64,000 nucleotides of DNA from Trichormus sp. ATA11-4-KO1 (GCA_019358915.1 JAHHIM010000003.1:64001-128000), one strand, 5' to 3'. Positions 50,277-60,801 are shown, counted from the first letter of the stretch. The notes: a model not told the origin generated them from the letters alone. Numbers and translations: made by a program.

Positions 50277-51485
50277 TTGCAAAATACTTTTACTGTGGAC
50301 AACGCTTTAATAGTAGAAAGCGTCATATCTTTTATATTGCTACTTCTCCAAGTACCAGCAACAGCGATTCTACTCTCGCGTCTAGTCAAGGGGCCAAGAC
50401 GCCATCCCCCCATTCAACCACAACAGCCAACACCTGAGCTTTTGGGTAGTGTCAGTGTTGTCGTTCCCACGCTGAATGAGGCACTTCGCATTAGTCCTCT
50501 GTTATCTGGCTTGAGTCGGCAAAGCTACGAAGTTCGGGAAATAATTGTGGTAGATAGCAATTCCCAAGATGGCACCCCGGACTTAGTGAAAACCGCACAA
50601 CAGCAAGACCCCCGTTTTCGCCTCATGACAGATGACCCACTACCTTCTACTTGGGTGGGTCGTCCTTGGGCACTGCATAACGGCTTTTTGCATAGTTCAG
50701 ACGCAAGTCAGTGGTTTTTAGGGATGGATGCTGATACTCAGCCACATCCGGGTTTAGTGGCTGGTTTGGTGAAGACCGCACAAGCACAAGGATATGATTT
50801 GGTTTCCCTCTCACCCCAATTTATCCTCCAGTACCCAGGTGAATGCTTGCTGCAACCAGCGCTATTAATGACTTTACTTTATCGATTTGATCCGGCTGGG
50901 ATCAACACCGAGCAACCAGAACGGGTAATGGCCAATGGTCAATGCTTTTTATGTCGTCGCTCAGTTTTAGCTGCTGTGGGTGGTTATACCAGTGCCAGTA
51001 ATTCCTTTTGTGATGATGTGACATTGGCGCGATATATTGCTGCCCAGGGCTTTAAAGTAGGCTTTTTAGATGGCGCTAAGGTGTTGAAGGTACGGATGTA
51101 TGAAGGAGCGGTAGAAACGTGGAAAGAATGGGGGCGCAGTCTCGATTTGAAAGATGCATCTCCATCTGCTCAAATTTGGGGAGATTTATGGTTACTCTCA
51201 GCAGTTCAGGGTTTACCTTTGCCAATTGTATTAACCTACCTGCTGCTTTCTCCCCATCTCCCCATCTCCCCATCTCCCCATCTCCTTTTATTGGGACTGA
51301 ATCTATTTTTGTTGGTGATTCGCTTTGCCATGTTATTGGCGATCGCGCCTTCCTATGATCGCCAAAGCGCTAAAGGTGGTTGGTTATTCTGGCTTTCTCC
51401 TTTAGCTGACCCCATAGCAGTGCTACGCATCTTCTTATCTGCATTCCACACTCCACGGGAGTGGCGAGGAAGGAAGTATGAGTGA
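50277..51485 (+). CDS. cruG: Carotenoid 2'-O-glycosyltransferase (GT2)
   Basis: VVPTLNEA, W.GRPWA, DAD, MANGQC, DDVTLAR; synteny with cruF; likely GTG start at 50295. Confidence 0.88.
   Translation: MQNTFTVDNALIVESVISFILLLLQVPATAILLSRLVKGPRRHPPIQPQQPTPELLGSVSVVVPTLNEALRISPLLSGLSRQSYEVREIIVVDSNSQDGTPDLVKTAQQQDPRFRLMTDDPLPSTWVGRPWALHNGFLHSSDASQWFLGMDADTQPHPGLVAGLVKTAQAQGYDLVSLSPQFILQYPGECLLQPALLMTLLYRFDPAGINTEQPERVMANGQCFLCRRSVLAAVGGYTSASNSFCDDVTLARYIAAQGFKVGFLDGAKVLKVRMYEGAVETWKEWGRSLDLKDASPSAQIWGDLWLLSAVQGLPLPIVLTYLLLSPHLPISPSPHLLLLGLNLFLLVIRFAMLLAIAPSYDRQSAKGGWLFWLSPLADPIAVLRIFLSAFHTPREWRGRKYE
51251..51285. repeat. (TCCCCATC)x4 octamer array inside cruG
   Basis: Four perfect units encoding SPHLPISPSPHL. 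Confidence 0.92.
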
Positions 51486-51515
51486 GTGCTGAGTGCTGAG
51501 TGCTGAGTGCTGAGT
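51485..51515. repeat. STRR (AGTGCTG)x4
   Basis: Tandem heptamers between the convergent cruG and rnhA genes. Confidence 0.9.
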
Positions 51516-51545
51516 AGGAGTTTCTTCCCCTGCTCCCTTGCTCCC

Positions 51546-52454
51546 TCAATCTTCTTCACCTCCCAAGCGATCGCCTCGTTCTAGTTCCCAGAGAATTTGA
51601 TTACCTTCGCGTCTTACCCGTGATACAATCCAGTTCCGCCAGCGCCATTGGTCTCCCCGACTAGTGACTGCGCTGGCGTGGACATCCATCAAGTCTGCTA
51701 GTTCAGAACTGGTGATTAAGTAACCTTTGTGAGAAATTTCGTCAGCTATATGTAGAGTTTCCACCAAGTTGCGGAGTTGTTCGACTCTCGTGGCGGGCGG
51801 TTTTTCTTCATTTGCGGCCGCAGCTTGTGCGGTGGATGGTTCCATAACGTCTATATCTAATGCAGAAGTACTGTTATCTTGTGTACTTGTGTTAATTATT
51901 GTAAAATTTTTATCATATTCAGCTACTTTTGCTACATTTGTTTCACTTGGATTCGGTAAAGATTTGTAAGATTCCGGAGAAGATAATTGTTGTAGGGATG
52001 GGATTTCACCGCTAGCAAAGGAGCGAGCAATCACATCACAACGCTCGTTACCTATGTTACCAGAATGTCCCCGCACGTGTTGCCAATTTACAAGTCGGCT
52101 ATTGAGTTCATCAAGAGTTTCTAAAAGGTCTTGGTTCTGAACAGGTTTACCATCTGCTTTTTTCCAGCCTCTGTTTTTCCAGCCTGGTACCCACTTAGTG
52201 ACGCAATTAATTAGGTATTCGCTATCGGTGTAGAGGGTAATGGGTTGAGTTTGTGCTGATGCTTCCAGAAATTTTAGGGCGGCGATCGCGGCTTGCATTT
52301 CCATTTTATTATTGGTGGTATAGCTAGCAGCATCACCCATTTCGTGAATTGAGCCATCACTGAAATACACTACAACACCCCAACCTCCAGGGCCAGGGTT
52401 ACCAGTGCAAGCGCCATCAGTGTAGATACTTTGAATTGTGCGTTGATTGGACAT
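51546..52454 (-). CDS. rnhA: Ribonuclease HI with C-terminal extension
   Basis: YTDGACTGNPGPGGWG, TTNNKME, TDSEY, HVRGHSG..GNERCD. Confidence 0.95.
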   Translation of the reverse strand: MSNQRTIQSIYTDGACTGNPGPGGWGVVVYFSDGSIHEMGDAASYTTNNKMEMQAAIAALKFLEASAQTQPITLYTDSEYLINCVTKWVPGWKNRGWKKADGKPVQNQDLLETLDELNSRLVNWQHVRGHSGNIGNERCDVIARSFASGEIPSLQQLSSPESYKSLPNPSETNVAKVAEYDKNFTIINTSTQDNSTSALDIDVMEPSTAQAAAANEEKPPATRVEQLRNLVETLHIADEISHKGYLITSSELADLMDVHASAVTSRGDQWRWRNWIVSRVRREGNQILWELERGDRLGGEED

Positions 52455-52721
52455 AGTGAAGATAACCGCAAGGTACGCAGAGGAATTTAGCGGTGAAAGA
52501 TGCAAAGTAAGATAAAGCAATATATAGGTTAACGCAACAAAAAGAAAAATCAATAGCAATCACTGAAAAGAATGTAGAAATGTAGTATTGCTAAGTCTGT
52601 ACAGATTTTCTGGAAAAAAATATTTAATTTTAAAGATAAGTGACGTAATTTACACAAAAAACGGCAAAAGCCATATGATTTCTATTGTCTTAAAGAAGGA
52701 AGTGCTGTTGGAGTCAGAAGG

Positions 52722-52821
52722 CTTGTACTGAGCGTAGCCGAAGTGAAGAAGGAAAATTGGTGGTCACTGAGCAGTTCGACAGGAGTTCGGCGAAGGCTAC
52801 TTCGACAAGGCTCAGTACAAG
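52722..52821. repeat. Cluster of small dispersed repeats
   Basis: CACT-TCGGCTACGCTC-AGTA-CAAG (minus, 52722-52745) and TACT-TCGACAAGGCTC-AGTA-CAAG (52798-52821). Confidence 0.75.
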
Positions 52822-52958
52822 TCACTCGAGCCGCTCACTGTATCACTTGTCAAAGTGGGGATTTAAACCCGTTTGACAAGAAGAAAGAAGACTTCTTCCT
52901 TATATCTTCTTCCCCCTTCCTTCGTTAAAGTCTGATTTTAGGTGGAGGAGAATACTTA

Positions 52959-54803
52959 ATGCGCTCACCGAATCAACACCAACGACACGAAAAATTAATT
53001 GAGCAATATGTTTTGTCACGCCGGACTATGCTGGCTTTATTAGGTTTAGTTTGTGCCCCTGGCTTAGAAAGCTTGATAGTAGGGGATACTCAACCACCAA
53101 TACCAAAACCTCCAGCTAATCCGCAGATTCCCACTTTACCGCAAGATGATTCACTAACAACCCAGCAAGAGCGGCAACAGCAGTTACAACAAGCACGTCA
53201 AGCATATCAGGTAGCATTGCGACTACCAACTTCTGTGCGGGTAGCAAGTTTACCTGTCCAAGAGTTTTTTTCTGAGGGATATAACAACAACCGCGACATC
53301 CAAACAGAGAAAATAGTAGCGAATCAACAAGCATTTTTCCAGAATCCGCAGTCTTTTCTCAGGTTAGACGACTACGCTAGCGTCTTTCCCGTCCTACCTT
53401 TACCAGATATTGCTAAAACATTCCGCAATGATGCTACGTTCGCTCAACAGAGGCTTTCTGGCCCCAACCCGATGGAACTAACCAATGTTTTAGCGCTCGA
53501 TTATTCTTTAACTCAAAAACTGGGAATTACAGATGAGATTTTTCAAACTGTATTGAGATCAGTACACAGAGGCAGAAACGTTAGAGAAACTATTAAAAGT
53601 GCCACTCAAAAAGGCAGTTTATTTGTCACCGATTATGCTTCACTTGCCAGCGATAAGATTACCGCCAAACCAAATCAATATCTTACCGCACCCATCGCTC
53701 TTTATTATGGCGATCGCCTGAGGGGAAATTGGCAATTAATTCCGATAGCTATCCAACTCGGACAAATTCCCGGAGTCAGTCTACTGTGTACGCCTCTGGA
53801 TGGTGTGGACTGGACTTTGGCGAAAATAATTATCCAGATGGCTGATTTTTATGTCCATGAATTGGTACGTCACTTAGGTCAAACTCATCTAGTTTTAGAA
53901 CCTATCGCCTTAGCTACCGTTCGAGAACTAGCAGCGCGTCATCCTGTCAATGTGCTACTCAAGCCCCACTTTGAATTCACAATGGCGATTAATGCTGTTG
54001 GTGATCAGGTACTCATCAATCCTGGAGGCTTCGTAGAGATCATCCTCGGAGGTACCCTGGAAAGCTCAAGGAATCTTGCTAATCAGGGTGTTGCTGATGT
54101 TTTCAACAACTTTAGCGACTTTGCTCTGCCTAACAATTTACGCCTACGCGGTGTCGATGACCGTTCTGGATTGCGAGAGTTTCCTTATCGTGATGATGGG
54201 TTGCTAATTTGGCAAGCTTTAGAAGATTATGTAAGTCAATATATTGGCATTTACTACAGATCCAACCGAGATGTTCGTGAGGATTTTGAACTGCAAAATT
54301 GGTTACAAACTTTACGTAACCCCATCAGTGAACAAGGTTTTGGTGTAGTTTCCCTACCATCGCAACTGACCACCCGTGACCAATTGATTGATTTACTCAC
54401 ACAAATTATTTTTACTGCTGGGCCGCAACACTCAGCTATTGCCTGGATTCAATATCAATATATGGCTTTTATTCCCAATATGCCTGGAGCAATTTATCAA
54501 CCCATTCCCACAATTAAAGGCATCATGCGGGATGAAAATAGCCTAACTAGTTTCCTCCCTGGTGTGGCTGCAACCTTTACTCAGGTCAACCTCATGGCAG
54601 GAATTGGCACTAAACGCGATCCTAAGGCATTTACAGATTTTGGTGAAAATAGTTTTCAAGACCATCGCGCCATTGCTGTTCTCAGAAGCTTGCAGAATCG
54701 TCTTCAAGCTTTAGAAAAACTCATCGAACAACGCAATAAACGCCGACAAGAATGCTATCCTGGCTTTCTACCTTCCCGCATGGCTAATAGTACCAGTGGT
54801 TGA
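52959..54803 (+). CDS. Lipoxygenase-family protein
   Basis: FAQQRLSGPNP, PIAIQL, W.LAK, HELVRHLGQTH, HPV..LL.PH, FPYRDDG, IIFT...QH. Confidence 0.92.
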   Translation: MRSPNQHQRHEKLIEQYVLSRRTMLALLGLVCAPGLESLIVGDTQPPIPKPPANPQIPTLPQDDSLTTQQERQQQLQQARQAYQVALRLPTSVRVASLPVQEFFSEGYNNNRDIQTEKIVANQQAFFQNPQSFLRLDDYASVFPVLPLPDIAKTFRNDATFAQQRLSGPNPMELTNVLALDYSLTQKLGITDEIFQTVLRSVHRGRNVRETIKSATQKGSLFVTDYASLASDKITAKPNQYLTAPIALYYGDRLRGNWQLIPIAIQLGQIPGVSLLCTPLDGVDWTLAKIIIQMADFYVHELVRHLGQTHLVLEPIALATVRELAARHPVNVLLKPHFEFTMAINAVGDQVLINPGGFVEIILGGTLESSRNLANQGVADVFNNFSDFALPNNLRLRGVDDRSGLREFPYRDDGLLIWQALEDYVSQYIGIYYRSNRDVREDFELQNWLQTLRNPISEQGFGVVSLPSQLTTRDQLIDLLTQIIFTAGPQHSAIAWIQYQYMAFIPNMPGAIYQPIPTIKGIMRDENSLTSFLPGVAATFTQVNLMAGIGTKRDPKAFTDFGENSFQDHRAIAVLRSLQNRLQALEKLIEQRNKRRQECYPGFLPSRMANSTSG

Positions 54804-54838
54804 TACTCCGCTTGCCTGACTTAGAGACTCCTTAATAT

Positions 54839-55228
54839 TTAGGGTTTTGCGACTTGGCAGTTTGTTAGTCCCCTAGCTCGTTTGATAAATTTTTCATCAA
54901 ATGTGTACAGATGAGTATATGTTTTGGCATGAGCAAGATGAAAAGCATCTGCAAAATCTAACCCAGCCTCATGCCAATGCAATACTTGAGCCATTAAATG
55001 TGCATTAGTCAGATGGACATTCGCCAAACCACATAGCTTGTGTAGAGCTATACATATCTCTTTTGGTTTAAATTTATAGGCGAATCTCAGTACCCATTCT
55101 GTTTCAAGAATTACTGTTTCTGGGATAAAAATTTGATAGTTGTTAAAAATTTCTAAACTTTTTTCATACTGTAACTCGTCATCTTGAGTTAACAGCCTGA
55201 CCACAATATTAGTATCAACAGCAATCAT
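54839..55228 (-). CDS. PIN-domain toxin (VapC family)
   Basis: AVDTNIVVR, ETEWVL, DFADA, TFD. Confidence 0.9.
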   Translation of the reverse strand: MIAVDTNIVVRLLTQDDELQYEKSLEIFNNYQIFIPETVILETEWVLRFAYKFKPKEICIALHKLCGLANVHLTNAHLMAQVLHWHEAGLDFADAFHLAHAKTYTHLYTFDEKFIKRARGLTNCQVAKP

Positions 55229-55478
55229 GCCACGATTCCTCTATACCTTGTCGAATAGCATCCTCCATATCTTCCAGAGACTTTGGTGTACCTTGATATT
55301 TCAAACACCCTGCAACATCATCTAATTGTGTTTCAGGGAATAATTTCTTTGGTTTTAAAAGAATACCATCACCCATTTCAGTCAATATTAATTCCTGCCC
55401 TACCTCCCAACCATAAGCTTTTCTTAAGCTTTCAGGGATAATTACTTGCCCTTGATCAGATAATTTTGTAGTTTCCAT
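55215..55478 (-). CDS. AbrB/MazE-type antitoxin
   Basis: GQVIIP..LR...GW..GQEL; overlaps the toxin start. Confidence 0.9.
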   Translation of the reverse strand: METTKLSDQGQVIIPESLRKAYGWEVGQELILTEMGDGILLKPKKLFPETQLDDVAGCLKYQGTPKSLEDMEDAIRQGIEESWHDCC

Positions 55479-55600
55479 TTCAGTGATCAGCTAGGAAAGC
55501 TGTGATGATGTGGATATTATAGCTATGAAGTTATGACGCGATCGCCTAATTCTAAATTCTGCTATTTATCCTTTGAAGGAATTTATACTTAGTCATCAGC

Positions 55601-55936
55601 CTATAAATATTCAATCCAACCCTGCATTTCGTTAGGACTGAATACTTCGTAAACTAAAACCAAACTACGAATGATTTCACCTAATGAACGGGTGTTATTC
55701 TTACAAAAAGCAACTCCCCAATGCTCTGTACTTTGACTAGCTAATCTGAGAAAATCTGTATCATGGGTAACAATTACTCGACGTTGTTCACAGGCAAACG
55801 CTAACTGCGCCTCATCAGTTTTACCCAGTAAATTCATCTCAAGAGTTGTGGTTACATCAATGCCTTGACGACGTAAAGCCAAAGCAACATCTGGATCAAC
55901 ATTTTCATCCAAATGGTATTGAATGCGGTCACTCAC
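55601..55936 (-). CDS. DUF5615 PIN-like protein
   Basis: LDENV, G.DV, D..QL..A....RVIVT.D.DF. Confidence 0.88.
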   Translation of the reverse strand: MSDRIQYHLDENVDPDVALALRRQGIDVTTTLEMNLLGKTDEAQLAFACEQRRVIVTHDTDFLRLASQSTEHWGVAFCKNNTRSLGEIIRSLVLVYEVFSPNEMQGWIEYL

Positions 55937-56240
55937 CGCTTAACTCCTTTAGCTTTGCTTGTAACCGGGATGGATAGTTACTCTGCAACGAGTCAGCAAA
56001 AGCTTCATCATCCTGAATACTCTGTTCAATTTCATCTCGATGATCGTAATAGTATGCCATCGCCGCATACACAGAAGCTAGAGACAGATGATATTTACCA
56101 GCTATCAATTCTAAAGACTGTCCCATCCGTAAATACCAAGTGGCAATATCGCTGACTGTGATGCGAGTGTTGGTAATTCGCGGTTTACCACCTCTAATTC
56201 CTGGTGTAATTTCAATATGTTGATTGATTGTGACTGCCAT
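55929..56240 (-). CDS. DUF433 family protein (putative antitoxin)
   Basis: TPGIRGGKPRI..TRITV, L....VYAA.AYY. Confidence 0.9.
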   Translation of the reverse strand: MAVTINQHIEITPGIRGGKPRITNTRITVSDIATWYLRMGQSLELIAGKYHLSLASVYAAMAYYYDHRDEIEQSIQDDEAFADSLQSNYPSRLQAKLKELSGE

Positions 56241-56369
56241 AATTATATGATTTTAGTCAGGCTGTAATAACTCTATTGTCTCTCAATAATCACAAAGACA
56301 ATGGGTATGATTCCATCCGTGATCTAAGATGATTGGGTATTGTATAGTCTGACGATCGCCTAATCAAAG

Positions 56370-57365
56370 ATGATTGAAGTAGAACATCTGAGTAAAACCT
56401 ACGGTTCTACCCCTGCGATTACTGATGTGACCTTTAGCGTCGAGCCAGGGGAAATTTTAGGGTTTTTGGGGCCGAATGGTGCTGGTAAAACCACAACTAT
56501 GCGGATTTTAGCCGGGTATCTCCCCGCGACTAATGGTAAAGCCAAGATAGCCGGCTTTGATGTCAATGATGATTCCCTCGCTGTTCGCCAACGCATTGGC
56601 TATTTACCAGAAACACCGCCGTTATATCCAGACATGACAGTGGAGGGGTTTTTACATTTTGTAGCACGAATTAAAGGCATATCCGCAGGCGATCGCGCCA
56701 ACAAAGTTACAGCCGCCATCGCTCGCTGCAACTTAGAAGATAAGCGTAAAGTCATTATTCGCAAATTATCTAAAGGATATCGCCAAAGAGTTGGCATTGC
56801 TCAAGCGATCGTCCATGATCCACCAGCGATTATTTTAGATGAACCCACAGTAGGACTTGACCCCCGACAAATTATTGAGGTACGTAATTTAATTAAAAGC
56901 CTGGCGGGAACGCACACCATTATTCTGTCTACGCATATTTTGCCAGAAGTGAGTATGACTTGTAGCCGCGTCGCCATTATTAATCGGGGGAAAGTAGTAG
57001 CAACTAATACACCAGAAAATTTAATGACTCAGTTGGCAGGCGGGTCAGGATATGAAATAGAAATTGAAGGAGAAGCTGGTTTAGCCAAACAGGTACTGCA
57101 AAATGTATCTGGTGTAAGTTTGGTAGAATCTGTTTCTAGTCATCACTCATCTAGCGACAGCCGCGCCTACTTGCGGGTAATATCGCAACCAGGAATTGAA
57201 CCAGGAAAAGATATTGCGATAACCTTAGTACGTGCAGGATTTGGATTACATGAAATGCGGCGTGTTAGCGCTACCCTGGAAGATGTATTTTTGCAACTAA
57301 CCACAGCCGAAAAGAATTTAGATTCCCTTGCAGATTCAGAAACTACCGAAGGAGAAGCAGCATAA
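56370..57365 (+). CDS. ABC transporter ATP-binding protein (GldA-like)
   Basis: GPNGAGKTT, LSKGYRQR, ILDEP, STH. Confidence 0.95.
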   Translation: MIEVEHLSKTYGSTPAITDVTFSVEPGEILGFLGPNGAGKTTTMRILAGYLPATNGKAKIAGFDVNDDSLAVRQRIGYLPETPPLYPDMTVEGFLHFVARIKGISAGDRANKVTAAIARCNLEDKRKVIIRKLSKGYRQRVGIAQAIVHDPPAIILDEPTVGLDPRQIIEVRNLIKSLAGTHTIILSTHILPEVSMTCSRVAIINRGKVVATNTPENLMTQLAGGSGYEIEIEGEAGLAKQVLQNVSGVSLVESVSSHHSSSDSRAYLRVISQPGIEPGKDIAITLVRAGFGLHEMRRVSATLEDVFLQLTTAEKNLDSLADSETTEGEAA

Positions 57366-58178
57366 ATGGGTATAGTAATGAGTAATATTATTGCCATTTA
57401 TCGCCGAGAGTTACAGAGTTATTTTGTCTCACCCTTAGCTTATGCGATCGCTAGTGTATTTTGGTTTATTGCTGGGTTATTCCTGGTGACAATTTTGCTG
57501 GGGCCAGATGGGATTTTACCGGCCGTGGCACAATTAGATTCCCAAGGACAACAACTAGGCATACCAATTCCACCAATTGATGTTCCTTACGAATTTGTCC
57601 GGGCATTTTTGGATCGCATGGGTTGGCTATTATTATTTATTTTACCTATTCTCTCAATGGGATTGTATGCCGAAGAACGCAAGCGCGGTACTTTGGAACT
57701 TTTAGCCACGTCACCAGTTACTAATTGGGCAGTAGCCGTAGGTAAATTATTAGGAGTACTCACATTTTTTACCACGCTGATTGTACCCTTATTCATATTT
57801 CAGGCGATCGCGATCAGTGCGTCAAATCCACCCATTTCGCCGACAATTTCCTTAGTGGGTCATTTGGGATTAATCTTGCTAGCAGCAGCAATTCTATCTT
57901 TGGGAATGTTTATTTCCTCACTTACAGACAGCACTATTTTGTCTGCTGTCCTCACCTTCGCTCTGGTTTTATTGCTGTTGTTAGTTGATGTGATTGCCAA
58001 AAGTATTGGTGGCCCAGTGGGTGCAGCCTTGGGTCATTTGTCGTTATTAAAACATTACAACACTCTAATTCAAGGAATTTTTGATACCAGCGCTGTGATT
58101 TTATTTGCTAGTTACATTTTTTTGGGCATTTTTCTAACAGCCCAATCAATTGATGCATTGCGATTTCAGCGTCAGTAG
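57366..58178 (+). CDS. ABC-2 permease (GldF-like)
   Basis: RELQSYFVSP.AY, AEERKRGTLELL; multiple TM segments. Confidence 0.92.
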   Translation: MGIVMSNIIAIYRRELQSYFVSPLAYAIASVFWFIAGLFLVTILLGPDGILPAVAQLDSQGQQLGIPIPPIDVPYEFVRAFLDRMGWLLLFILPILSMGLYAEERKRGTLELLATSPVTNWAVAVGKLLGVLTFFTTLIVPLFIFQAIAISASNPPISPTISLVGHLGLILLAAAILSLGMFISSLTDSTILSAVLTFALVLLLLLVDVIAKSIGGPVGAALGHLSLLKHYNTLIQGIFDTSAVILFASYIFLGIFLTAQSIDALRFQRQ

Positions 58179-58401
58179 TTAATGAAGAGTGCGGAGTTAA
58201 AAAACCGCCACACTTCGCGTTGCTTGTACCGAGTGCGAAAGTCCTTCCTTCTTCTTCTTTTGACTCAGCACTCAGCACTGATTAATGATCCATGACCGAA
58301 ATAATTCAAAATCGCTAAATTCGAGTTTCCATCCTGCGAATTTACTCATGGGCATAATTTTTAATTTTTAACTAATAATTTGCAATTAGTAGTGAAGTAA
58401 T

Positions 58402-60099
58402 ATGAAAATCAGTAAAAAAAAGCAACTTTGGAAATATTTGTTTTGGCTGGGCCCATTCCTGATTGCTGTGGGCTTAACATCTGGGTTAGTTTCTGGAAAC
58501 TGGGGACTAATTCCCTTGGTATTTCTAATTACAGGGCTTGTTATTAGTGGGTTGTGGATAGTTTGGCAAAGTCAGCAAACTAAATGGTGGAATCGTCGTT
58601 CTACTCAAGCTGGTACTAATGCTTTGGTGGCGATTTTGGCTGTTTTGGTAATTTTAGGGTTGATTAATTTTTTAGGTACTCGCTACAACCTGCGGACAGA
58701 CTTAACTGAGGCTCAATTATTTACCCTTGCACCCCAGTCCAAACAATTAGTGCGTGATTTACCACAGCCAGTAAAAGTTTGGATATTTGATGTTAATCAA
58801 AATCCCCAAGACCGGGAGTTGCTGGAAAATTATCGGCGACAAGGCTCAAATTTTCAGTTTGAATATGTTGACCCGGATAATAGACCAGGACTAGCAAATA
58901 AGTTTGGGATTAAAGATTATGGGGAAGTTTACCTGGAATCTGGAGATAATCGCCAACTAGTGCAAACAGTCAATGTTAATGAACGCTTATCCGAAATTCG
59001 CTTAACAAATCGCCTGCAACAACTTACTAGTGCAACCACAACTCCAGTTTACTTTCTTCAAGGTCACGGCGAACAGGCGATCGCATCTGGTCAAAATGGC
59101 ATGTCACAAGCAGTGCAAAGCTTAGGTGACAGAAGTTATACGACATCGCCACTGAATTTAGTAGAAAAGTCTACAGTTCCTGAAGATGCGGCTGTGGTTA
59201 TAGTCGCTGGCCCCAAACGAGAATTATTTGATGGTGAGGTTAAAGCCTTACAAAATTATCTCAATGGCGGTGGTAACGCACTACTAATGATTGATCCCAA
59301 TACCGAAACCAATCTCGACAACTTGTTACAAGAGTGGGGAGTTCGCCTGGATAATCGTTTAGTAGTGGATGTCTCTGGTGCAGGTGTGGGACTTGGCCCG
59401 GCTGTTCCCATAGTCACTGAATACGGAGGACACCCGATTACAAAAGAGTTTGGTAATGGTATTTCTTTTTATCGGTTAGCAAGACCTGTGGAAACTACTC
59501 CTGTAGCTGGGATTGAGGCTACTCCATTACTGCGAACCAAACCTTATCCCAACAGTTGGGCTGAAAGCGACCAAGAAAACGAAAAACTAGAGTTCAATTC
59601 TGAAGTAGACCTTCCAGGCCCTCTGACCTTGGGTGTGGCTTTGACAAGAACACAACCAGCTAAATCAGCAACCACATCTAGTCCCACGCCTGAAGCAGCG
59701 CCGCTACCCTCACCCACAACTGAAGGTCAAGCTATTCCTACTCCCCAGGCTTCACCGACACCCTCACCCACAACCGCAGGTCAAGCTAACCCCACTATTC
59801 CAACAGCAGAGAAACCTGAACAACCCGCCATTGAGTCACGGTTAGTGGTGATAGGAGATTCAGATTTCGCCACCAATGGACTATTTGAACAACAACTCAA
59901 TGGCGACGTATTCCTCAACTCAGTCACATGGCTAAGTCAACAGGATCAGCAACCTCTTTCAATTCGCCCTAAAGAACCGAGAAACCGTCGGATTAACCTG
60001 ACAATTGTACAAGCTAGTCTTTTAACATGGTCGTCTTTGTTGATATTACCCCTAATTGGATTAGTAGCTGCTGCGATTATCTGGTGGCAACGCAGATAA
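58402..60099 (+). CDS. GldG-family ABC auxiliary protein
   Basis: DLT...FTL, VYF.QGHGE, YLNGGG, RLVVIGDSDF, NSV.WL. Confidence 0.9.
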   Translation: MKISKKKQLWKYLFWLGPFLIAVGLTSGLVSGNWGLIPLVFLITGLVISGLWIVWQSQQTKWWNRRSTQAGTNALVAILAVLVILGLINFLGTRYNLRTDLTEAQLFTLAPQSKQLVRDLPQPVKVWIFDVNQNPQDRELLENYRRQGSNFQFEYVDPDNRPGLANKFGIKDYGEVYLESGDNRQLVQTVNVNERLSEIRLTNRLQQLTSATTTPVYFLQGHGEQAIASGQNGMSQAVQSLGDRSYTTSPLNLVEKSTVPEDAAVVIVAGPKRELFDGEVKALQNYLNGGGNALLMIDPNTETNLDNLLQEWGVRLDNRLVVDVSGAGVGLGPAVPIVTEYGGHPITKEFGNGISFYRLARPVETTPVAGIEATPLLRTKPYPNSWAESDQENEKLEFNSEVDLPGPLTLGVALTRTQPAKSATTSSPTPEAAPLPSPTTEGQAIPTPQASPTPSPTTAGQANPTIPTAEKPEQPAIESRLVVIGDSDFATNGLFEQQLNGDVFLNSVTWLSQQDQQPLSIRPKEPRNRRINLTIVQASLLTWSSLLILPLIGLVAAAIIWWQRR

Positions 60100-60158
60100 G
60101 GTAAAAAGTGAAAATCTTTTTCAGCTTTTACTTTGATTAAAATCAGGATTTATTAACA

Positions 60159-60761
60159 ATGAAATTACCACGAACGACTTTAGTTTTAGTATTGCTAGCG
60201 TTGGGGTTGGGTGGGTTTGTCTATTTTTACGAAATTCGAGGTGCAACTCAGCGAGCAGAAATTAAGGAGCAAAAACAGCAAATTTTCTCGTTTGCAGAAG
60301 ATGATGTGCAGTCTTTGATAATTAAGACAAAAGATATCACTCTCAACTTACAACGTAACACTCAATCGAAGAATCCCAAGTGGTTGCTTACGTCCCCAAC
60401 ATCAGAACCAGCAAATGATGGTGTTGTTGCATATTTACTGGATTTATTGGTAAAAGGTACAAGCGATCGCACTTTATCAACACCAGCTAATCAGCTAGGG
60501 AATTTTGGTTTAGATCAACCTCTGGCAACTATTAATATTAATTTGAAAAATCAGCAAACTCATCAGTTAATTTTAGGTAATCCTGCTTTTAATCGTCGTT
60601 TTTTATATGCTCAAACTGGTTCAGATGCTCAACCAAATGGTAATGTAGATGTACTGCTAGTCTCTACAGATTTTGAAAATGCAGTAAATCGGGAAATTTC
60701 AGAATGGAAACAAGCCGCAGAGCCAAGCACTGCTGAAACAACTCCAGAAAAAGACCAATAA
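60159..60761 (+). CDS. DUF4340 family protein
   Basis: N-terminal TM, W.L..P...PA, FGL..P; usual fourth gene of Gld-type operons. Confidence 0.8.
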   Translation: MKLPRTTLVLVLLALGLGGFVYFYEIRGATQRAEIKEQKQQIFSFAEDDVQSLIIKTKDITLNLQRNTQSKNPKWLLTSPTSEPANDGVVAYLLDLLVKGTSDRTLSTPANQLGNFGLDQPLATININLKNQQTHQLILGNPAFNRRFLYAQTGSDAQPNGNVDVLLVSTDFENAVNREISEWKQAAEPSTAETTPEKDQ

Positions 60762-60801
60762 AACATGATATGAGGGATAACAAAGGCGATAGTCCGCAGT
60801 T

